Part shown: in pieces, positions 20,001 to 28,803 of the stretch | Layout: each line of letters begins with the position of its first letter | Numbering within the stretch: the stretch's first letter is position 1 | Source of the DNA: an uncultured delta proteobacterium | Lineage (GTDB): Bacteria > Desulfobacterota > Desulfobacteria > Desulfobacterales > JAFDCJ01 | DNA length: 64,000 nt | Direction: 5' to 3' | Assembly: GCA_963769935.1 (NCBI GenBank) | Contig: CAVYNY010000010.1 | Coordinates: 320,001 to 384,000 of the forward strand | Notes under the pieces: model-generated | Database searches by the model: none | What the model was told of the DNA's origin: nothing | The model's input: only the letters and a program-made list of their open reading frames with translations | Position numbers and translations under genes: made by a program

Positions 20001-21596
20001 ATGGATATGGATGAGGACAAGGCGTCTTTTCATAAACTGGCAGCAAATATACCCAATATAGTCTACCGCGTCCATCTCAAAGAAGAAAACCGGATGGAAT
20101 TTTTCAACGATATGCTCGAAACCATGACCGGCTACACGACCGGAGAGTTGACAAAAGGCGAGATCTGCTCGATCGAGCCGTTGATAGTGTCCGAGGATTG
20201 TTCTCATGTTTTGAAATCAGTGAAAAAAGCCATAAAGGAGAACAAGCCTTTCGAAGTGGAATATCGCCTGAGACACAAAAATGGGGGCATTCGGCATTTT
20301 TTGGAGCGTGGAAAGCCCGTTTATGGGCGTGATCGCAAACCGCTGTTTATCGATGGCGTAATACTGGATATCACCCACAGAAATGCAGCGGAGAAGGCGC
20401 TTCGGATCAGTGAGGAGAAGTTCCGGCAACTGGCCGAGAATATCCGCGAAGTTTTCTGGATCGTTTCACCCGACTGGAATGAGGTCATTTACATCAGCCC
20501 CGTCTATGAGGAACTGTGGGGTCGGTCATGTGAAAGCTTGTGCCGAAGCCCCCGTTCCTGGCTGGAGGCTGTGGTTGAAGAAGACCGTGAACGAGTCCTG
20601 AAGGATTTGGAAAGAAGATGCGCCGGAAATCTGTCTGACCCAGAGTTTTCCGAATACCGAATCGTCAGGCCCGACGGTTCGGCCCGCTGGGTGTTTGCAC
20701 GGGCCTTTCCCGTAGTAAACGAGCAGGGGGAAATCTACCGCATTGCCGGGATCGCGGAAGACATCACCGAACGAAAAAAGGCTGAGGCGGCCCTTCATAA
20801 AGCCCACAGTGAGCTGGAAATCCGGGTCCAAAAACGGACAGCCGAGCTGTCCTCCGCCAATACGAAGCTCAGAGAACGGACCGAGCAACTCCTGAGGGTG
20901 TCGGCTGAGCTGATACTCGCTGAGCAGCGTGAACGCTCCCGTCTGGCCGTGTTGATTCACGACCATCTCCAGCAGTTGCTGGTAGCGGCTAAAATGGGAC
21001 TGGAGCTCTTATCCGACCGTGTTGCAGAAGATATGCAACCGGACCTTACAAACATATTTGACATGCTCGTTAAGTCCATTCAAATTTCGCGCTCTCTGTC
21101 TGCTGAGCTCTCACCGCCGGTACTGCGCACGCACGGTTTGGCCGCCGCACTGGAATGGCTGGCCCGTTGGATGAAGAAAAATTATCAGCTGATGGTTGAA
21201 TTGCAGATAGATGGGCAGATCCATGTCCGCAATGACCATACCAAGGTGCTTTTGTTTCAGTCGGTTCGCGAACTGCTGTTCAACGTGGTCAAACATGCCC
21301 GTGTGAACTCTGCAATCCTCAAAATGACGAGGGGTGACAAGGATCAACTGCGAATTATTGTCAGCGATCGGGGGGTGGGCTTCGATCCTGCCACAATTGG
21401 AGAAGGCCGGGACCAAGCCGGCGGATTCGGACTTTTTACGGTTCGAGAGAGGGTGGCAATGTTGGGCGGGTATCTTGAGGTGATCAGCGCCCCGGGCGCG
21501 GGAACTGAGATCACCTTGATCGCTCCCCTTGAGGAACCGGGGTCGATGCCAAGGGATGCAACGATCCCTCATGTGGATGAGCCTGCAACAAATTAA
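20001..21596 (+). CDS. Cytoplasmic PAS-PAS sensor histidine kinase (HisKA_3 / NarX-type)
   Basis: Two PAS/PAC domains, ERSRLAVLIHDHLQQ H-box, ELLFNVVKHA, DRGVGFD, GFGL; GGAGG before ATG 20001. Confidence 0.88.
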   Translation: MDMDEDKASFHKLAANIPNIVYRVHLKEENRMEFFNDMLETMTGYTTGELTKGEICSIEPLIVSEDCSHVLKSVKKAIKENKPFEVEYRLRHKNGGIRHFLERGKPVYGRDRKPLFIDGVILDITHRNAAEKALRISEEKFRQLAENIREVFWIVSPDWNEVIYISPVYEELWGRSCESLCRSPRSWLEAVVEEDRERVLKDLERRCAGNLSDPEFSEYRIVRPDGSARWVFARAFPVVNEQGEIYRIAGIAEDITERKKAEAALHKAHSELEIRVQKRTAELSSANTKLRERTEQLLRVSAELILAEQRERSRLAVLIHDHLQQLLVAAKMGLELLSDRVAEDMQPDLTNIFDMLVKSIQISRSLSAELSPPVLRTHGLAAALEWLARWMKKNYQLMVELQIDGQIHVRNDHTKVLLFQSVRELLFNVVKHARVNSAILKMTRGDKDQLRIIVSDRGVGFDPATIGEGRDQAGGFGLFTVRERVAMLGGYLEVISAPGAGTEITLIAPLEEPGSMPRDATIPHVDEPATN

Positions 21597-21654
21597 ATGG
21601 CTGCAGCCAACGCCGGTGCTTCTTCTTTGGGAGGAAGCACGGGGTCCACTGCGC

Positions 21655-22896
21655 TCAAAACTGGAGAATCCACCTGAGGCCGGCTGTGAAGCCGTTCCTG
21701 TGATCTTCCTCGGGGTTGTCGTAATACTGAATATCGGGCTGGAGGCTCAACCAGGATGTCAGCCGGACAATGTAAAACACCTCGATATTGACCAAATGGG
21801 TTCTCGAATTTCCCGCCGGATCATTGCCGGCCAGCCAGGAATAATTCAGGCCGACATTGAGGGTATCGTCCTCTCGGCCCCCCAAAAGCCCCTTGTATGA
21901 AAAGCCGGCCCCCATATATCTCCAAATCGGGTTGCGGTCACTCGGCGCCCATCCGAACTGGAAAAATACGCCCAGCCCCTGGTCGTCGCTTTCGTTAAGC
22001 TGCTCCTTGAAGACAAGCTGCTCAAACATGAGATAGAAACCGTAGTTGTCGGAAAATTCCTTGGAGTTTGAGCCGTCTCCGGTTGCGGCAAAATCACCGC
22101 TGTGATACCAGAGCCCTAAGCGGTAGTTTCCGGCGTCCTGGTTTTGGAGGCCGAAGCCGGGCTTCCAGGCTGCCTCGGATATCGAAAAATAGCCGCCCTT
22201 GCCGTCGAAGGTGGTGTCGAAGCCGAGGCTTTCAACTTGCGGGTCTCCATCATAGATCCCCATCCCCAAAGACAGCCAACCGGCCGGCTCGACAAAGATC
22301 GAGGTTCCCAGGGCCGGCGCCGGAAAGGTAGGCATGGGCACGGTTGGGATCAGGGTATAAGCGGGAAAGACAAAATCACCCCCGAAATGATTCACATCGA
22401 AAATTGCGTTGACATCCTGCTTTCCCAGCCGGATCCGCGCTTTTTCACCCAGAAAACTTTGTTGGAAGCCGAATTGGCTGATCTGGGTGAAATCGCGTGC
22501 GTCTATGTTGCTGATGGGCAGGGCATCTCCGGCCGGATTGACGTCAAAGCCTTTACCATGGCCGTTTTGCCCGTATATAAAGAATTCACCGTTGGGCCAA
22601 AGGCCGCTTTGACCGGTATCCAGGGTGAGGTGCAAATCCACCAGGCCGCGGTAGCGGGTGGCGTTGTCCGGAATGAGGTTGAAACTGTGGAAGGCTTCAC
22701 CCGTGTAGGTGAGTTGCACCGTAAGGCCGTGGTCTTTGAGTTTGGACCGGTAACCATCCAGCTCTGAAATAATCCCCGCCGACCCCCGGTCAATGGCCGG
22801 GGATGATTCCTTGTCACTATCTTCTGAAGCTTGAACAGCCGCAGCGATGACCACAAGCATCACGGCCAGCATGATTTCCCATATCGCTTTAACCAC
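21655..22896 (-). CDS. OprB-family carbohydrate porin
   Basis: Signal peptide, RIRLGKQD, PTFPAPALG, SLQPDIQY, C-terminal Phe. Confidence 0.85.
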   Translation of the reverse strand: MVKAIWEIMLAVMLVVIAAAVQASEDSDKESSPAIDRGSAGIISELDGYRSKLKDHGLTVQLTYTGEAFHSFNLIPDNATRYRGLVDLHLTLDTGQSGLWPNGEFFIYGQNGHGKGFDVNPAGDALPISNIDARDFTQISQFGFQQSFLGEKARIRLGKQDVNAIFDVNHFGGDFVFPAYTLIPTVPMPTFPAPALGTSIFVEPAGWLSLGMGIYDGDPQVESLGFDTTFDGKGGYFSISEAAWKPGFGLQNQDAGNYRLGLWYHSGDFAATGDGSNSKEFSDNYGFYLMFEQLVFKEQLNESDDQGLGVFFQFGWAPSDRNPIWRYMGAGFSYKGLLGGREDDTLNVGLNYSWLAGNDPAGNSRTHLVNIEVFYIVRLTSWLSLQPDIQYYDNPEEDHRNGFTAGLRWILQF

Positions 22897-22908
22897 GAAG
22901 TCGATCTC

Positions 22909-23862
22909 CTAAGCGGAGAATACCATTTTGGTTCCCGACATGTTCAATAGGAACTTGTCCGGCATTTCCTTTTCCAGGTGCATCACGGCTTTGCGGCCGG
23001 TGCAGTGGGTGGGTATGATATAAGTTGGGTTCAATACTTTTAAAGCGGCGGCGGTCGGTTCGATGGCCCGTTCAAAATCAACTCCTGAAAGATGAAATCC
23101 TCCCATCACCACATAAATCTTGTCTACGCCGGTGATCTCCTGGGCATATTTTACCGTGTTGACGATTCCCGAATGGGCGCATCCGGATAGAATAATCAGG
23201 CCCTTGCCCTTAATGTGAGCCGCAACGGCCGTGTCGTCTTCAATGGGATCCCACTTTGATTGACCATCTTCGTCGTAAAACATGCGTGGAAAGCCTCTTT
23301 CAAAATCGGTCTTTTTGGGTATCTCTCCCAGAAAAAGAAGCCGGCTGTCCAATAGGGGTCTGGGCGTTTCCGACTCGATCAATACGACCCGCGCATCCGT
23401 GATTTTTTCTCTGGGCAAGGCCGGAAGGTCGACTTTAACCGTTTCGGAAACTTTAAGATAGCGCGGTCTGCGGAAGGCCTTCGGGTGCAGAATCAGCTCG
23501 ATTCCCTCCTTGCCCACTTTTTCAGCCAGAGCCAACAATCCGCCGAAATGATCCATATGGCCGTGAGAGAGGACCATGGCTTCGATATTGCTCAAATCCA
23601 GGCTTAGGGCGTCGGCATTGAAGGCGGCGCCTTGCGCGGAGAATCCGAAATCAAAAAGAATGCTGCGCGAGGCACCGCCGGCTGTAACGGTGACCACGGC
23701 CGAAAAACCATGCTCGGCCAGGATGCTGTTTTTAATCTGCCCATCTTTTAGCGGCATTGCCCTTTTCACAACATCCGAGCTGTCAAAAGCCGCCACATCG
23801 ATGTAGTTGTCCTGCAGGGTCAGTATTTCAACCCTGTCCACTTCACTGAGTGTGAATGCCAT
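22909..23862 (-). CDS. MBL-fold metallo-hydrolase (COG1237-like)
   Basis: AEHGFS, SHGHMDHFGG, SGCAHSG, GGFHL, PTHCTG. Confidence 0.88.
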   Translation of the reverse strand: MAFTLSEVDRVEILTLQDNYIDVAAFDSSDVVKRAMPLKDGQIKNSILAEHGFSAVVTVTAGGASRSILFDFGFSAQGAAFNADALSLDLSNIEAMVLSHGHMDHFGGLLALAEKVGKEGIELILHPKAFRRPRYLKVSETVKVDLPALPREKITDARVVLIESETPRPLLDSRLLFLGEIPKKTDFERGFPRMFYDEDGQSKWDPIEDDTAVAAHIKGKGLIILSGCAHSGIVNTVKYAQEITGVDKIYVVMGGFHLSGVDFERAIEPTAAALKVLNPTYIIPTHCTGRKAVMHLEKEMPDKFLLNMSGTKMVFSA

Positions 23863-24078
23863 TTTTTTCTCCTTTCATTTGATCTTTATTGCTTAATTTT
23901 CAGCTAGCAAAAAATTCCGCTGAAAGTCAAGCAAGATCAGAGCTGCTGTCGCCTGATTCGAGGATGTCAAAAACACCTGGCACCGATTCGTCCCGGATTA
24001 GAAATATTGTTTTCCTTTTTTCGAATTTTATGCTTAGAAGTGGTTTCAAAATTCAGAAAATATACGGAGATCGCCGCT

Positions 24079-25302
24079 ATGATTAAAATCAACGAAAATT
24101 ATCTCAAACTTCAATCCTCGTATCTGTTTGCCGACATTACCCGCCGGGTTGCTGCATTTCAGCAGGCCAATCCCGATCGGGAAATCATCAAGCTGGGCAT
24201 CGGCGATGTCACCCGGCCGCTGCCGGCAGCGTGCATTGCGGCCTTTCACCGGGCGGTGGACGAAATGGCCGACCTTGCGACCTTCAGGGGATATGGACCC
24301 GAGCAGGGATACGACTTTTTAAGGGAAAAGATCGCCCGGCAGGATTTTCAGGACCGCGGAATCGAGATATCCGCCGGGGAAGTATTTGTCAGCGACGGCG
24401 CGAAGTGCGACAACGGCAACATTCAGGAAATATTTTCAACCGAGATTACCGTGGCCATCCCCGACCCGGTATACCCGGTGTACCTGGACACCAACGTCAT
24501 GGCGGGACGCACCGGTGCTTATCGCGAGGGACGCTATGAGGGCATCGTGTATCTGGAGGGTACCCGCGAGAATGGGTTCATCCCGGCTCTGCCGCAGCAA
24601 AAAGTCGATTTGATTTACCTTTGTTATCCCAACAATCCCACCGGCGCGACCATTACAAAATCCGAGCTCGGAAAATGGGTGGATTATGCCCGGGATAACC
24701 AGGCCATCATCCTTTATGATGCGGCCTATGAATCATTTATCCAGGATGAAGCCCTGCCGAAGTCGATCTATGAGATCGAAGGTGCCCGGGAAGTCGCGAT
24801 TGAATTCCGAAGCTTTTCGAAAACCGCCGGCTTCACGGGGATCCGCTGCGCTTACACCGTTGTTCCCAAATCATGCGAAGCCTATACACGCAAAGGCGAC
24901 AAGCATTCCCTGCATGCACTCTGGAACCGGCGGCATGCCACCAAGTTCAACAGCGTATCCTATCCGGTGCAGCGTGCTGCGGAGGCCGTATTCAGTGACG
25001 ATGGAAAATCTCAGACAAAGGAATTAACGCAATATTACCTGAAAAATGCCGCCCTGATCCGCCGGGAAATGTCGGCGCTGGGATTTGATTGTATCGGCGG
25101 AGAAAATTCGCCGTATATCTGGGTGAACGGCAAGACGGATTCCTGGGAATTTTTCGACCGTCTGCTCGACCAGGCCGGCGTGGTTTGCACACCGGGGGCG
25201 GGTTTCGGAAAATGCGGTCAGGGCTATATTCGCCTCAGTGCGTTTAACAACTACGAAAACGTTCAAAAGGCCATGGCCAAAATCAAAGAGACGCTGAAAT
25301 AG
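24079..25302 (+). CDS. dapL: LL-diaminopimelate aminotransferase
   Basis: [45 protein letters not shown]. Confidence 0.95.
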   Translation: MIKINENYLKLQSSYLFADITRRVAAFQQANPDREIIKLGIGDVTRPLPAACIAAFHRAVDEMADLATFRGYGPEQGYDFLREKIARQDFQDRGIEISAGEVFVSDGAKCDNGNIQEIFSTEITVAIPDPVYPVYLDTNVMAGRTGAYREGRYEGIVYLEGTRENGFIPALPQQKVDLIYLCYPNNPTGATITKSELGKWVDYARDNQAIILYDAAYESFIQDEALPKSIYEIEGAREVAIEFRSFSKTAGFTGIRCAYTVVPKSCEAYTRKGDKHSLHALWNRRHATKFNSVSYPVQRAAEAVFSDDGKSQTKELTQYYLKNAALIRREMSALGFDCIGGENSPYIWVNGKTDSWEFFDRLLDQAGVVCTPGAGFGKCGQGYIRLSAFNNYENVQKAMAKIKETLK

Positions 25303-25309
25303 GGCATCC

Positions 25310-25413
25310 GTTGACTGGTTGAATTGTTGACTCGTTGGATAGTTAAATTGTACTAAAATCTGAGATTTTTTCGAATTTGAGTTTTGTGATTTGGAATTTG
25401 AGATTTGGAATTT
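25310..25413. repeat. Two degenerate short tandem tracts (8-mer GTTGA.. and 7-mer ATTTGGA/ATTTGAG) downstream of dapL
   Basis: gttgactggttgaattgttgactcgttggatagttaaattg, and gaatttgagttttgtgatttggaatttgagatttggaattt. Confidence 0.65.
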
Positions 25414-25815
25414 ATACCAAATCTTTGAAAAGAAACTATTTTTAATTCTATCCGTGTTTTGTGAATTACTTATAGGACATAACACCACATGCAAATCTGG
25501 TTGAATTTTACACTCGGCAGTGATACAGGATATTAACAATGGATTCGAAGCGCAGCGATCACCCGCCTGAAATGACTTGACAAACATACCACATCGTGCC
25601 AATTGCTGAGAACCGTTGCGCTCCGACGGAACCAAAAAAAACCGGCGTCTTTGCATACCGAAAGCCGTGAATACTGCCTTAACTCCCAATTTTTCTGAAG
25701 GTTATTTAGTTGAATTTGCCGAAGCCGATCTTCAAAGCTACCCTCTGCCGCCTGTCAACAGCACGGTAGTTTTTGCAATGCTAATCTACTGAACATCAGC
25801 GGGAGATTCAATTCG

Positions 25816-26910
25816 ATGTCAGCAAACCACTTGTGGAAGGCTTTTTTTTGTTGTGCGGTCGTATTTATTTGCCTGGTGATAAGTTCAACGGTTGAGGCGC
25901 TGGACAAAGAAGACTGCCTGAAGTGTCATAAATACCGGTTTATCGGTCGAATCGACGAAAACGGCAAGCGACATAATTATAACGTCGATGAACACGTCTA
26001 TGGCAACAGCTTACACAAAAATGTGGCCTGCAACGACTGCCACACCGCTATTACCAAACTGCCCCATGACCCGGTGGCGGTAGATGTCAATTGCGCCACT
26101 GAATGCCACATCAGACCGCCGTTTACCCAGCAGAATTTTTCGCATCAAAAAATAATCAACATCTATAATGAGAGCGTCCACGGCATTAAACCGGATGATC
26201 CTCCCGAATTGAAGCAGGCCAAGCCCTACTGCAAGTTCTGCCATCTAAATCCTTTATATACAAGAGCGGAAGAAAGCCGAGTTGACTTTGACGTGACCCT
26301 GCAGCGCTGTCTGAACTGCCATCAGAAAAAAGGGGTTACCCAGGCGTACATTCATATCAACCATCGGTTGCGGAAAAAAACTTCCCGCTCCCCGCAGGAG
26401 ATCGTCAAGTTATGCAGTAAATGCCATGCCGACGTCGCCCTGATGGAAAAAATACATGCGCCCAAGGATAGTCTGGATGCCGTGGCAACCTATAACCGGT
26501 CGATCCATGGCGAATCCATTATGCTGGGTTCGCAAATGACGGCGGACTGCATCAGCTGTCACGCGTCAAATGCGCTGCATGACATTTATAAAAAGGAAAA
26601 TCCTAAGGCCACAATCAACAAAGACAATCTGCAGCAGACCTGCCGCCAATGCCATGCGCAAACCAACAGGTGGTTTGTTCAGGTTGCCGTTCATCCGCGT
26701 GGTGAAAAGGAAAAAAATCCGGTGGTATTTTTTGTCGGCATCACGTTTCGTATCATGCTGTATGGGGCCGTATTCGGCCTGATCGGTCTCATGCTGTTTG
26801 AAACATACGGCCGCCGCAGCCGCGGCATAAAATTTTTGTTAAGAAACGGAACATCGTGGCGCGGCAAATCGAAAATAAAGACCAAAAGGAAAAAGAACCA
26901 GGAGGATTGA
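25816..26910 (+). CDS. Membrane-anchored multiheme c-type cytochrome (7 CxxCH plus 1 CxxxCH)
   Basis: Signal peptide; CLKCH, CNDCH, CATECH, CKFCH, CLNCH, CSKCH, CISCH, CRQCH; C-terminal TM helix and basic tail. Confidence 0.92.
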   Translation: MSANHLWKAFFCCAVVFICLVISSTVEALDKEDCLKCHKYRFIGRIDENGKRHNYNVDEHVYGNSLHKNVACNDCHTAITKLPHDPVAVDVNCATECHIRPPFTQQNFSHQKIINIYNESVHGIKPDDPPELKQAKPYCKFCHLNPLYTRAEESRVDFDVTLQRCLNCHQKKGVTQAYIHINHRLRKKTSRSPQEIVKLCSKCHADVALMEKIHAPKDSLDAVATYNRSIHGESIMLGSQMTADCISCHASNALHDIYKKENPKATINKDNLQQTCRQCHAQTNRWFVQVAVHPRGEKEKNPVVFFVGITFRIMLYGAVFGLIGLMLFETYGRRSRGIKFLLRNGTSWRGKSKIKTKRKKNQED

Positions 26911-27878
26911 TGTCAAACATCTCGCAGGATGCTGCCGTCTCTGCCGGAGCTCCGGTCGCTGAAGAAGATTATTTTACATATGTCGAAGGCGTGGGAGATA
27001 TTCCCAGGGATATTTACAAATTTGTGGAATCCAATCCGATGGGGGATCTGCCCCGCTATTCCGTCCACATCGTGATCCAGCATTTGCTGGTTGTTGCCAC
27101 CTTCCTCGTCCTGGCGGCGACCGGCCTGCCGATTTATTTCAGCGATCAATTTTGGGCGCACTACGTCATAAACGTTTTCGGCGGCGCCGATACAGCTCGG
27201 ATTGTTCACAGGGTTGCCGCGTTCACCATGATTTTCGCCTGTGCCTATCATATAGTCACCATCATCGGCGGGACGCTGCGCACGATTATCAACAGAGAGT
27301 TCGATTACCGACGGACCATGATCCCAAGGCTCAAAGATCTGCTGGATTTGTACCAGGACATTAAGTACTTCCTGCGGTTATCACCCTACCGGCCCAAAAT
27401 GGAAAAATTCATGTACAAGCAAAAGATGCATTACTTTGCAATCATTTGGGGCAATACCGTTTTGATAACCGCCGGCACCGCTTTATTGTTTCCCGGGTTA
27501 ATGGCCCACGTGTTTCCGGAGACGCTGGGGAAAATGGTAACCCATACCATAGCAACCGGCGGATCGTTTCCGGCTCTTTTCCAGGACCTTGCGCGCTTGA
27601 TGCACGCTGATGAGGCGGTGATGGCGTTGATCGTGGTGGCATTATGGCACTGGTCGAATGTGCATCTGGTGCCGGGCAGATTTCCGCTTCAGTGGGCCTT
27701 TCTAACCGGCAAAATAACCCGCGAACATCAGATCGAAGAGCATTTCCTGGAATATGTGAACAATCTCAAAGAAATACCCGAAGAGCGGGAATATATAAAG
27801 AATCTTCTGGACCAAATGGATCCGCTGAAAATGAAGCAGGCGACGGTTTCGATATCGGATCTGCCGCGCGTGCATTGA
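26910..27878 (+). CDS. Membrane cytochrome b (FdnI/HyaC-like)
   Basis: IQHLL..ATGLP, IVHRVAA, KFMYKQKMHYF..WG, MHADEA and WHWSNVH; ATG overlaps the upstream TGA, after GGAGG. Confidence 0.85.
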   Translation: MSNISQDAAVSAGAPVAEEDYFTYVEGVGDIPRDIYKFVESNPMGDLPRYSVHIVIQHLLVVATFLVLAATGLPIYFSDQFWAHYVINVFGGADTARIVHRVAAFTMIFACAYHIVTIIGGTLRTIINREFDYRRTMIPRLKDLLDLYQDIKYFLRLSPYRPKMEKFMYKQKMHYFAIIWGNTVLITAGTALLFPGLMAHVFPETLGKMVTHTIATGGSFPALFQDLARLMHADEAVMALIVVALWHWSNVHLVPGRFPLQWAFLTGKITREHQIEEHFLEYVNNLKEIPEEREYIKNLLDQMDPLKMKQATVSISDLPRVH

Positions 27879-27969
27879 ATGCATAATTACTCCACCCTGA
27901 AAAAACCGATACACGGTGTGGATTAATTAAAATCGATTCAATTACCACAGGCAGGGAGGGCTTTTAAAA

Positions 27970-28803
27970 TTGCCAAAGGCAACCAAGCAACGGCGCAACC
28001 ATCCGATAATTTCTTATTTAATCGGATCTATTTTTATCATACTGTCGGTCATCGTATTTATCGGTATTGTACTTCACCTCACCATTTCCAGTCACGGGCC
28101 GCAACTATTGAAGCCATTACTGGGAATGTATCTGGCAAAAAATAAATCCGAAATTTTAGAAGAGGCCAAACGCCAGGAGGATTTAGAGCTTCACCAGCAT
28201 TTTCATCATTTGGTGGCATACCCTCAGCTTCCTGAAAATATGCGGCCGGTTTGCTACATTTGCCATTCTGATCTGCCCCACAGCAAAAACCAGAAAATTC
28301 GTTCGCTGTTAAACATGCACACCCAATTTTTTGTGTGTGAAACCTGTCATATCGAGGAGCGCAAGGATGCCGGTACTATTTACAAATGGTACAATCCTTT
28401 AAACCCGCATCCGACCGGACCGTTTTTCGGCACCCGCTATGAGCCGGCTACGGGAGATCTGGCACCCGTTGCGGATCGGATTTCCAAAATTGCCCCTTTC
28501 TTCAAAAAGGGTGATGCCCTGGAATCCGCCATCCAGATTCAGGATGCACCCCTGGCCCAAGATTATGTGAAAGTGAGAGACAAGCTGACACCCGAGCAAA
28601 GAGACAGTGTCAAAAGTAAATTCCATGAACATATCAAACCCAAAGGATTTCAATGCGAAGCCTGTCATACCGGCACGGGCATTCTCAATTTCAAAGAACT
28701 CGGATTCGGGGACAAGCGGGTTGAAGTTCTGCAGAATTTGCAAATCAAAAGCATACTCACCAATAACGAAGAGATTAATTTGACCACCCTGTTCAAGCAA
28801 TGA
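27970..28803 (+). CDS. N-terminally anchored triheme c-type cytochrome
   Basis: One TM helix, then CYICH, CETCH, CEACH. Confidence 0.88.
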   Translation: MPKATKQRRNHPIISYLIGSIFIILSVIVFIGIVLHLTISSHGPQLLKPLLGMYLAKNKSEILEEAKRQEDLELHQHFHHLVAYPQLPENMRPVCYICHSDLPHSKNQKIRSLLNMHTQFFVCETCHIEERKDAGTIYKWYNPLNPHPTGPFFGTRYEPATGDLAPVADRISKIAPFFKKGDALESAIQIQDAPLAQDYVKVRDKLTPEQRDSVKSKFHEHIKPKGFQCEACHTGTGILNFKELGFGDKRVEVLQNLQIKSILTNNEEINLTTLFKQ

